Assembly: GCA_026415615.1 (NCBI GenBank)
Contig: JAOAGT010000002.1
Span: 448,545 to 512,544, forward strand
Length of the DNA stretch: 64,000 nt
Reading direction: 5' to 3'
From: Thermoleophilia bacterium
GTDB taxonomy: Bacteria > Actinomycetota > Thermoleophilia > RBG-16-64-13
The notes beneath the pieces were generated by a model, which did no database searches, was not told the origin of the DNA, and was given only the letters and a program-made list of their open reading frames with translations. A program made the position numbers and the translations under genes. Shown piece by piece: positions 27,722 to 35,106 of the stretch (its first letter is position 1; the number at the start of each line of letters is the position of its first letter).

Positions 27722-29212
27722 TTGGCACTTACTAAGGAAATGTATGAGGCGTTCGCAGGGGTAGTGGGGGAAGAGAATCTCTGCGACGATCCCGCCATGA
27801 TGGCTGCTTATTTCCGCACGGATTTTGCGGCGGTGGTGATGCCCAAGGACACTGCCGAAGTCCAAGCGGTCGTCAGATTGTGCAATAAGTTCAAGCTAAA
27901 GTTTAGGCCCATATGTACAGGCTGGACGGGAGTCTTCCAGCCGGGCAGCGTTCTGCTTGATCTGCGGCGGATGAACCGCATCATCGAGATCAACGAAAAG
28001 AACATGTATGCGGTAGTGGAGCCGTACGTGACTTCTGCCCAGCTGCAGGCTGAGCTGTTTAAGCGAGGGCTGAACACCAACATGAAGGGGGCAGGAGCCC
28101 AGTGTTCGGCCATGCTTCGGGGCCACGGACATCTCGATCAGTCGTGTGGCGCTGACGATCGCAATCACCTAGCTGTGGAGTGGGTGACTCCCGAGGGCGA
28201 GCTGGTCAAGATGGGATCCTGGGGCGCCATCGGTGAGTGGTTCTGTGGCGATGGGCCAGGCCCCTCTTTGCGCTCCCTTGTGTCCAGTGTGGTTCCGCCG
28301 AGCACCACTCCGGGCGTCTTCACCAAGGTGGCGATGAAGCTTTATCACTGGCCGGGGCCTGATAAGTACGCGCTGGAGGGCTACTCTCCCAAATATACGT
28401 TGCGGGAGTTTCCGCCCAACATGATGGCTCGGTACTACAGCTTCCCCACGCTTGAGAAGATGTGGCAGGCGGAGATTGCCATCGGCGAGGCGGAGATCGC
28501 TCTTGAGCTCATGGGCTTCAACGCGGCCATGGTGGCGGCGAATATCACCACCTGCAACGAAGAAGAAATGGCCATGTTTGAACGCCTCTCTAAGGAGGTG
28601 CAGGGGCCGGGCTTCTTTGTGATCATAGCTGGCGATTCTCCAGAAGACTTTGCCTACAAGAAAAAGGTCCTTGAGACTATCGTCAAGGAAAATGACGGGC
28701 AGTCGCTTAAGACAGTCGAAGATCCGGAGCTTGAGGGTATCCTGCTTACGCAGTGCACAAGAATCAGTGCATCAGTTCGGGAGACGTTCCGACCGGGTGG
28801 GTACTTCAAGTCGATTCCCATCATGGGTCAACGTGACCTTACTATTCGTTGGGCTGTAGGTGCTGGCAAGGCCAAGCTCCCGCTTATTGAGCAGGGTCTT
28901 ATTGCCGATGACGGTGGCGGATTCTTCGGCTGGGGAGTGGAGCACGGTCATCTCGGCAAGACGGAGATCTTCTGCAAGTTCAGTCCGCTTAATCCCGAGG
29001 CCTGGAAAGCGGTTAACAAGTGGCACCAGGAGCAGGTCCAGCGGGCGCTTGACGAAAAGTACTTTGCTCTCACCATGGGGCCGCAGGAAGAGATCGACAA
29101 GAAGGTTGGGCCCGCTCTCTCGAACTATCACTTGTGGTGGTACAAGGTGCTCGACGCCTTAGACCCCAACGGAGTGGTGCCTGACAAGGGCCTGAGCAAT
29201 CTTACGCCGTAG
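27722..29212 (+). CDS. FAD-linked oxidase-like protein (FAD_binding_4, GlcE-like position, divergent)
   Basis: 496 aa, TTG start after GGAAGGAGG. PKDTAEVQAVVRLCNKFKLKFRPICTGWTG... resembles the FAD_binding_4 N-terminus with a non-canonical Gly loop. Confidence 0.7.
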   Translation: MALTKEMYEAFAGVVGEENLCDDPAMMAAYFRTDFAAVVMPKDTAEVQAVVRLCNKFKLKFRPICTGWTGVFQPGSVLLDLRRMNRIIEINEKNMYAVVEPYVTSAQLQAELFKRGLNTNMKGAGAQCSAMLRGHGHLDQSCGADDRNHLAVEWVTPEGELVKMGSWGAIGEWFCGDGPGPSLRSLVSSVVPPSTTPGVFTKVAMKLYHWPGPDKYALEGYSPKYTLREFPPNMMARYYSFPTLEKMWQAEIAIGEAEIALELMGFNAAMVAANITTCNEEEMAMFERLSKEVQGPGFFVIIAGDSPEDFAYKKKVLETIVKENDGQSLKTVEDPELEGILLTQCTRISASVRETFRPGGYFKSIPIMGQRDLTIRWAVGAGKAKLPLIEQGLIADDGGGFFGWGVEHGHLGKTEIFCKFSPLNPEAWKAVNKWHQEQVQRALDEKYFALTMGPQEEIDKKVGPALSNYHLWWYKVLDALDPNGVVPDKGLSNLTP

Positions 29213-29217
29213 GGGGT

Positions 29218-29253
29218 GGGCGGGCGCAGGCCCTGCAGGGCCTGCGCCCGCCC
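29218..29253 (+). terminator. terminator hairpin ending the plus-strand operon
   Basis: Perfect 18-bp palindrome GGGCGGGCGCAGGCCCTG/CAGGGCCTGCGCCCGCCC followed by CCTTT. Confidence 0.75.
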
Positions 29254-29359
29254 CCTTTCAGTACCCGTCCAATACGTGGGCCGGGAGTGTAGACTTTCTA
29301 GCCTGCTTCGCGCAGCGCTTCTCTCTTGTTTGTTTCGATAACGGCAAGGAGGTTGCGGT

Positions 29360-30883
29360 TTGACAGCCCTACCCGAGAGAACAGCAAGCTGGTGCCAAGC
29401 GTTGTTCTTTGCTGGATCCACGACCTACATGTGGAATCAGGCGCCGGAGCTTAAAGCGCTTTTCTTGACGGCCTGCTCCTTCGAGGAAGGTATGGACGTA
29501 CTCCTTATAGGCAAGTTCTTGGAGGAAAGCGGTCTTGTTTCGGCCGTTGAGTCGATCCTACGGAGCTGGGGCAATCTGCGGGTAGTGGACTTGGCTCCCC
29601 AGGTTGTGGCTGCATGGCGGGCGGCGGGTGTGGCAGATGAGCAGCCTTCTTTCAAATGGGATCTTGATTGTTTTGATGAGCTCAGAGATGGGAGTCTCGA
29701 CCGTGTCGTGTTGTTTAACGCGGCCTCCCACGTTGCGGACTGGGAACATCTGTCTGCTCAAATCGGCCGGGTTCTTTGTCGAGGAGGCCGGGTTGTAGTC
29801 GCAGAGGCTCCACTGGGCGGGGCTGCTTTTAAACGCGCCCTTGCCTTTCACGCAGGATGGCGAGCAACGGTCGAAGGATTGCTTAGCGGCTTGGATCTAG
29901 AAGAAAGGGCAGTTGCTCCGCCAGAACCGGAGGATCTCAGGGCTCTGCTTGCCCAGCATATGACTTGGGCTCGTGTGCATGAGTGGCAGGGAATCTTTAT
30001 TTGCTACGGACAAAAAGGTCTCACAGAAAGGGAGGAGCTGGAAGCGTCCACAGCTGCCGAGATGGCCGGTCTGGGGGAGAATGATCTGGTCTACGTACCC
30101 GGTCCGGACACGTTTACAGCTTTTCCGCCGGCCAACATCTGGGTGCGCAGTTTCTTGAAGGTGCGTCCAGTGCGCACCACGTGGAGCCTTATGAGCGAGC
30201 TTGAGAAGGAAATTTGGGCAGACACCGCTGTAGAACTAGTGACACACTCAGGTGGCGATCTGTCAACAAATAAGGTGCTGGGGCTTAGCTTGATCGTCGA
30301 GTCGCCACAATCTGAGTTGGCGTCGCAGACACTGGTTTTGACGAAGCCTGCTGCAATAGGAGATGCGCTAGGAGGCTTTTCTCATCACTGGGCTTCTGGG
30401 CTTGTCGGCGCGTTTCTGGAATGCTTCCTGGGTCCAGATGATGGCCACCTTGCAAAGGTTGGAGAAACGCATGGTCCTTCTGAGCTGGGAAGTCTTGTTG
30501 CCAGACACTCGGCAGACGAGCTTGATCTTCTTTTTGTTGACGCCAGACTGGGTGACAGACACTACTGGAAGGAAACAATATCCCTCCTGTTGCCGGTTCT
30601 AAAACCCGGGGGCCGGCTTGTGTTATTTGCGGAAGATGGCGATGCTATCCAGCTGCTGTCGTTTCACAGCGCCTTCGCGCGCCTGCTTCTGGCAAGACTA
30701 GTGACTCCAGCAGACCCACTCGCTGCAGACTCCGCGGACGCGCTCTGTAACCGACTGACGGGCGGCATAAATATGGACCCCGAGTTGCTGCGCCAAGTGC
30801 TTGCAGGGTTCTTTGATGAGATCTCTGTGGCAGGACACGGCGGCTTCGTATTTGTGTCTGGCCGAAAACCTATGCGTCTTTAG
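29360..30883 (+). CDS. uncharacterised degenerate methyltransferase-like protein, paralog of 7864-9591
   Basis: 507 aa, TTG start after AAGGAGG. The N-terminal ~200 aa align with 7864-9591 by eye (WCQALFFAG..MWN..PE.KA.FL..CSFE.GM.V.L(I/V)GK(F/Y)L.ESGL...SLDRVV(L/F)FN...HVA(D/N)WEH....I.RVL...GR.V(V/M)AEAPLGG). The C-terminal half is diverged. Confidence 0.75.
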   Translation: MTALPERTASWCQALFFAGSTTYMWNQAPELKALFLTACSFEEGMDVLLIGKFLEESGLVSAVESILRSWGNLRVVDLAPQVVAAWRAAGVADEQPSFKWDLDCFDELRDGSLDRVVLFNAASHVADWEHLSAQIGRVLCRGGRVVVAEAPLGGAAFKRALAFHAGWRATVEGLLSGLDLEERAVAPPEPEDLRALLAQHMTWARVHEWQGIFICYGQKGLTEREELEASTAAEMAGLGENDLVYVPGPDTFTAFPPANIWVRSFLKVRPVRTTWSLMSELEKEIWADTAVELVTHSGGDLSTNKVLGLSLIVESPQSELASQTLVLTKPAAIGDALGGFSHHWASGLVGAFLECFLGPDDGHLAKVGETHGPSELGSLVARHSADELDLLFVDARLGDRHYWKETISLLLPVLKPGGRLVLFAEDGDAIQLLSFHSAFARLLLARLVTPADPLAADSADALCNRLTGGINMDPELLRQVLAGFFDEISVAGHGGFVFVSGRKPMRL

Positions 30884-30900
30884 ACAACCTATGCGTCTTT
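30867..30900. repeat. 19-bp tandem duplication spanning both convergent stop codons
   Basis: AACCTATGCGTCTTT at 30867-30881 and again at 30886-30900, with the units separated by AGAC. The plus-gene stop TAG is at 30881-30883 and the minus-gene stop at 30889-30891. Confidence 0.85.
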
Positions 30901-31200
30901 GGGCTCGCTGGGGCTGTTCTGTGGGCTGTCAGAGAAGAGACTCTCAAACCGACGCGCGGCTTTTTCTTTTTCTGCCTCCTGAGCAGCTCTTACTTTCGAT
31001 GCGGCTTCTTCCAGGGCCACTTTGTGTTGCTCTGCCCGGGCAAGCAGAGTGTCAAGCGAGACCTCCGGCTGCTCCTTCGCCACTTGCTTTAGGATAAAGA
31101 GCACTTCCTCTTGCAGCGTCCGCTGATTGTATGCCGCTCGCATGCGCAAGGCCCGGACTACTTCGTCGGGTACGTTTTTTATGGTCAGGGTGGTAGCCAT
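30889..31200 (-). CDS. ribbon-helix-helix (Arc/FitA/VapB-type) antitoxin-like protein, no cognate toxin adjacent
   Basis: Preferred start is ATG 31200. MATTLTIKNVPDEVVRALRMRAAYNQRTLQEEVLFILK is the classic plasmid-stability/RHH N-terminus. Confidence 0.7.
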   Translation of the reverse strand: MATTLTIKNVPDEVVRALRMRAAYNQRTLQEEVLFILKQVAKEQPEVSLDTLLARAEQHKVALEEAASKVRAAQEAEKEKAARRFESLFSDSPQNSPSEPKDA

Positions 31201-31219
31201 TACATTGACGCTCCTGCGT

Positions 31220-31768
31220 TCAAAGCCTAAGTACCAACAAGCGGGCTCGCTCTTCAATTCGCCTTAGCTCCGCTTCATCAGGAAGACCTTTGATGTTGCC
31301 CATTCTTCCTCTTGTGCTCAGTTCCTCAGACCCATGGAACTCAGAAAGCACATACCATTCATCTAGCACAGCGAACCCTAGGTGCTCAAAAAACTGCGCA
31401 GCGTACATGCCAGCTGGGATGGCCTCTCTGAGCCCCGTGTGTGGTCCCGAGAAAGTGCAGAAAATTAAGGCATTTCTGTTAGGCAGGCGCGGTGCTCCTG
31501 GCAAGACCCTGCCTTGATGGCGATACTGTTCAAACTTGCTCTTTAGATAATCATCCATGGCCCGGGGCGGATGCCAGTTGTAAGACGGAAACCCCAGGCA
31601 GACAAGATCAAAATCAAAGAAGTCAAGATCTCCAGCCTCTTCTACTGGACGCAAGGTAGTGGCCATTCCTCCGGCGCGGAGTCCTGCTTCGATGGCCCGA
31701 GCTACCTTGGCTGTATTTCCTGTGCGTGACCAATAAAGCACCAGGGCAGTTCTTGGCGCGTTGGTCAT
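31220..31768 (-). CDS. flavodoxin family protein
   Basis: 182 aa. LVLYWSRTGNTAKVA FMN phosphate loop. RBS GAGGTAGAGGA. Confidence 0.8.
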   Translation of the reverse strand: MTNAPRTALVLYWSRTGNTAKVARAIEAGLRAGGMATTLRPVEEAGDLDFFDFDLVCLGFPSYNWHPPRAMDDYLKSKFEQYRHQGRVLPGAPRLPNRNALIFCTFSGPHTGLREAIPAGMYAAQFFEHLGFAVLDEWYVLSEFHGSEELSTRGRMGNIKGLPDEAELRRIEERARLLVLRL

Positions 31769-31882
31769 TCCTCTACCTCTTATCTTGTGCTCGCGGTTGT
31801 TCCTGCCGTAATTTTGCTACCGACTAACAGAAGCCTACCATGACAACAGGCGGTGGCAAGAGGTTCCCAAAGGAGGCTGCAC

Positions 31883-32236
31883 GTGATTGTCAAGCGAGCA
31901 AGCGACGTGGAGCAAGTAGAGGTAGCCGGGTGTCCTGGGGTAACAAAACAAATTGTCCTGGGCCCAGCCGATGGTTCAGAGGAGATAGTGCTCCGTTACT
32001 TTAAGGTAGAAAAAGGCAGCGCTACGCCCCGGCATGCTCATGATTTTCCTCACCTCGTGAAGATTGAAGCTGGCCAGGGAGTAGCGGTATGTGCTGATGG
32101 GACCGAGAAGCCTCTGGGCGCCGGCGACTACGTGTTTGTTCCAGCCAATGAGCTGCACAGCTTCAGGAACACAGGGGAAAAGACCTTTGAGTTCGTGTGT
32201 ATAGTGCCGGGGCGCGGCGAGCCGCCCGGAGCCTAG
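31883..32236 (+). CDS. cupin domain protein (classical small cupin)
   Basis: GTG 31883 after AAAGGAGG. GSATPRHAHDFPHLVKIEAGQG...VPANELHSFRNTG (both cupin motifs). Confidence 0.8.
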   Translation: MIVKRASDVEQVEVAGCPGVTKQIVLGPADGSEEIVLRYFKVEKGSATPRHAHDFPHLVKIEAGQGVAVCADGTEKPLGAGDYVFVPANELHSFRNTGEKTFEFVCIVPGRGEPPGA

Positions 32237-32251
32237 GCCGGGCGGCTCGCC
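32216..32251. terminator. bidirectional terminator hairpin overlapping the cupin stop codon
   Basis: GGCGAGCCGCCCGG-AGCCTAGG-CCGGGCGGCTCGCC (14-bp stem). Confidence 0.65.
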
Positions 32252-32272
32252 GCCTAAATCCTGTCTAGCCTT

Positions 32273-33049
32273 TTACCGCACTATCCGGTAGACGACTGTC
32301 ACCGAAGCTGTTACCTGGATGTTCTGCGGAATGATCGGCGGCGGTGTTACCGAACCTGTCTCTTGGGCGCCAGCATAAGCTCTTGCATCCATTCCCGGGA
32401 ACCAGTTGTAGCTCTGGTTCTCACTGATGCTGACAACTTCTCCCAGACGAAGACCCTGGTCTTGTGCGATAGCTTCGGCTTTGAGCTGAGCGTTGGCAAG
32501 CGCCTTTGAAAGGGCCTTGGCGACTGCCGAACTGTCCTCTCTTAGTTGCCAAGCGGGACCGTTTATGTTGTCCGCTCCTGCGTCGCTAGCTGCAGCGAAA
32601 ACCTGTCCTATCTGGGCGAAATCCGTGATCCTGACACTTACCGTGTTCTGTGCCCGGTAGCCGGTGGTTTTCTCCTGGCCCGTTGCAGAGTCATAGTAAC
32701 GGTTGGGGTAGACTGTAACTCCTGCGGTCTCAATCTTGTCCTGCGAGATGCCCTCAGCCTTCAAGCGATCAAGGACCTTCTGTGTTTCCTTTGAGTTCGC
32801 GTCAAGTGCCGCGGCCGCGGTTTTCCCATCCGTTTCGACACCGATTTGGATCGTGGCCTCATCTGGAGCGGTGGTGACCGTGCCAGTGCCGGTGACGACG
32901 ATAGTGTTGGCTCCCTGGGCTTCAGGGCTCTCTGCTTGAGCGGCTGGCTGCTCCTGGCTGCATCCGGCTAATGTTCCTGCCAGGATAATCGTTAGACCCA
33001 CCAGAACTGCTGCAATGAGCCTCCCCGTGCTCCGTTTGGAGTGCGTCAT
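32273..33049 (-). CDS. SIMPL (DUF541) domain lipoprotein
   Basis: 258 aa. Lipobox LAGTLAGCS. TIVVTGTGTVTTAPDEATIQIGVE...KAEGI...I.T..V.V.P is the typical SIMPL pattern. RBS AAAGGAGA. Confidence 0.8.
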   Translation of the reverse strand: MTHSKRSTGRLIAAVLVGLTIILAGTLAGCSQEQPAAQAESPEAQGANTIVVTGTGTVTTAPDEATIQIGVETDGKTAAAALDANSKETQKVLDRLKAEGISQDKIETAGVTVYPNRYYDSATGQEKTTGYRAQNTVSVRITDFAQIGQVFAAASDAGADNINGPAWQLREDSSAVAKALSKALANAQLKAEAIAQDQGLRLGEVVSISENQSYNWFPGMDARAYAGAQETGSVTPPPIIPQNIQVTASVTVVYRIVR

Positions 33050-33430
33050 TGTATTCTCCTTTCCACTCTGAGCCGTGGTCTAGCTTCGTTGTGCCCATGA
33101 GTGGGACGCACCCTGGGACGGTTTGGTTCCGTTGCGAAGTCCAAGAGGGTACCGATCGGATCGGAGGCTGCGTACACATCTTGGCGGACCGCACCCCCTT
33201 CTGGCAACTGCTAGAGGTTGGCAGTCGCTTGGCGCGACATGCGTCTCGGGTTAAGCGGGAACGTGGAGGGAAAGACGTGCGGGGACGACTGCAGCTTGAA
33301 GATCACTGCTTGTTCTGTGAACGAGAGATATCTTCCTATGTGGCCAGCTACCTCTATACTTGCAGGCGGTGCTTTGGAAGCGCCTGGAACTAAGCTTCAT
33401 TTGACGGAACCGGGCCAGAAAGGAAAACCC

Positions 33431-33898
33431 ATGTGCGCAGACGACGTTTCGAGGTATCTAGTTGATCACCCTCCCTACGAAGTGACGCCGCCCGCTGTCG
33501 AGGGTCGCACTTCTCCCATGACTCTGATGAGTCGCAACCTTGTCCCCGAAGCCAATGTCTACGTGGAGGGCGGCTGGATCTTCGGTCCCCCAGATCCAAA
33601 TCCCCACATTCTTGAGCACACTCACAACTACGATGAGCTGGTCATACACGTTGGGTCCGACCCAGAGAACCCCGAGGACCTCGGAGCCGAAATAGAGTTC
33701 ATGCTTGACGGCAAGCCTCTTCTCATTAGCCGGACGTCTTGTGTCTTTGTGCCCAAGGGTATGAAGCACGGCCCGCTTACCTGGAAGCGGTTCACGCGCC
33801 CGCATATCGAACTAACGGTCATGTTAGGAGCAGGCACTCTCGCTGAGGCTGATCCCGGAGGCCATCTGGCTGCCTCAGAGCAGAAGGACACTCCCTAA
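33431..33898 (+). CDS. cupin domain protein, third member of the HxH(N/D)(F/Y).E...G.(D/N)P(E/D)(D/N)P subfamily
   Basis: ATG 33431 after GAAAGGAAAA. EHTHNYDELVIHVGSDPENPEDLGAEIEFMLDG...FVPKGMKHGP. The in-frame upstream extension to 33218 was judged non-coding. Confidence 0.7.
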   Translation: MCADDVSRYLVDHPPYEVTPPAVEGRTSPMTLMSRNLVPEANVYVEGGWIFGPPDPNPHILEHTHNYDELVIHVGSDPENPEDLGAEIEFMLDGKPLLISRTSCVFVPKGMKHGPLTWKRFTRPHIELTVMLGAGTLAEADPGGHLAASEQKDTP

Positions 33899-33944
33899 TC
33901 AGCTCCTAGTGAGCTCGCGCCGCGCTTGTCAGGCTCGCTGCGCA

Positions 33945-34382
33945 CTAGTGCGCCCGGGTAAGGGGCGGCACGATAACAACTGGGCAGGGAGCGTGGTCGG
34001 CCACATGTCTGCTTACAGAGCCTAGCAACAATGAGGCTAGCGCTCCCTGCCCTCGTCTGCCTACTACCAACATCTCCGCCTCTTTGGCCTCTTCCACGAG
34101 CACTTCAGGGGGCCAACCGTTAATGGCTCGCCCCTCACGGGCCAAGGTGGGTTCGAGTTCTCTTACTCTCTCAAGGGCTTCGGCGACAACAGCCTCTGCT
34201 CCCTCCCTGATCACATCAAAAAGCCCGGCGGCTGTGAGGGCGTCTTGCTGGCCCAAGCTTGGACTCTCCCAGACGCAGATCACGCGCAGTAAGGCGTTTC
34301 GTATCTTGGCTTCCTCCACTGCAAACTCAAGAGCCACCCCCGATGCCTCAGAGCCATCTACGCCAACCAATATGAGCCCCAC
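33945..34382 (-). CDS. universal stress protein (UspA family)
   Basis: 145 aa, GTG start after GGGAGG. ILVGVDGSEAS..AL.FA..EA...LRV..V.......VVGRRGQGALASLLLGSVS..V..HAPCPVVIV. Confidence 0.9.
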   Translation of the reverse strand: MGLILVGVDGSEASGVALEFAVEEAKIRNALLRVICVWESPSLGQQDALTAAGLFDVIREGAEAVVAEALERVRELEPTLAREGRAINGWPPEVLVEEAKEAEMLVVGRRGQGALASLLLGSVSRHVADHAPCPVVIVPPLTRAH

Positions 34383-34486
34383 CTTCAGCCTCCCGCCAAG
34401 TCTGGTCTTGTGCTAGTCGCGCGCAGTTCCCAAGCGGTGAATCTGCGCGAAAATAGGTTTGCGCGGAAATGGGTCTGCCTGAGTAA

Positions 34487-34912
34487 CTAGATGCCCTGCG
34501 ACAGCACTTCAACCACGCGGTTGGCGTCTTCTGCCGAGTCAAGCCCTACGTGAGCAACGAACCGTGTTCCTAGTGCCGCAGCGGAGAAGCCGCGCATGTT
34601 TATGCCTGCATCTGCCACCTTTTGCGCGATCTTAGACGCTACACCCGGTTCGTTTTGGCCCTCCACCCGAACCGAGTGAAGAGTAGAGGTTGCCGAGAAA
34701 CCCAGAGTAGTGGCGGCTCTAATTTCCCGGTCGCCGCGAATCGGGGTCACGAAAATCACACCTGTGCCAGGTTTCTCTGGCGCTCGCCGCACAATGATGA
34801 AATCCAAGTCAGCTCCTGCTGCAGCCAACCCTTGTAGAACTGCGGCTAGGGCTCCCGGTTTATCCTCAAGACTTGCAGCCCACACTTCTTCCTTTTCCAC
34901 CAGGAGTTCCAT
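34487..34912 (-). CDS. ACT domain-containing (amino-acid-binding) protein
   Basis: 141 aa. Two ACT-like halves (LEDKPGALAAVLQGLAAAGADLDFI...; NEPGVASKIAQKVADAGINMRGF). RBS AAGGGGGA. Confidence 0.65.
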   Translation of the reverse strand: MELLVEKEEVWAASLEDKPGALAAVLQGLAAAGADLDFIIVRRAPEKPGTGVIFVTPIRGDREIRAATTLGFSATSTLHSVRVEGQNEPGVASKIAQKVADAGINMRGFSAAALGTRFVAHVGLDSAEDANRVVEVLSQGI

Positions 34913-35106
34913 GAATTCCCCCTTCGTAACGTAAGAGCGCTTTCCCTAAGAGTAGGCTTGTTCGACGGCCTATGAGCCGCTCTCTTGTTGCGAAGTTACC
35001 CAGAATAAGCCTTGTCTAAGCCCCCTCGTCGTCCTTAAGTTGGCGGCAAGACCACGCACGAGAGCGCGTGGTGGGGAGGGCAGATCGCAGCAGGCGCGCG
35101 TGGCAT

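Noticed and set aside
7864-30883. Composite transposon or genomic island bounded by the two paralogous genes
   Set aside because: There is no transposase, integrase, inverted terminal repeat or direct att-like repeat. The paralogs are similar only at protein level, with diverged DNA. I saw no obvious compositional break by eye. The arrangement is kept as a synteny question instead.
30889-31768. Type II toxin-antitoxin pair (flavodoxin ORF as toxin?)
   Set aside because: The upstream gene has a clear flavodoxin FMN loop (SRTGNT) and no toxin fold signature. No ORF follows the RHH gene.
33218-33430. 71-aa N-terminal extension of the cupin ORF, and ORF 33049-33393
   Set aside because: The sequence is Cys/Trp/Arg-rich and non-protein-like. 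A good RBS precedes ATG 33431, and the paralogous cupins lack any such extension.
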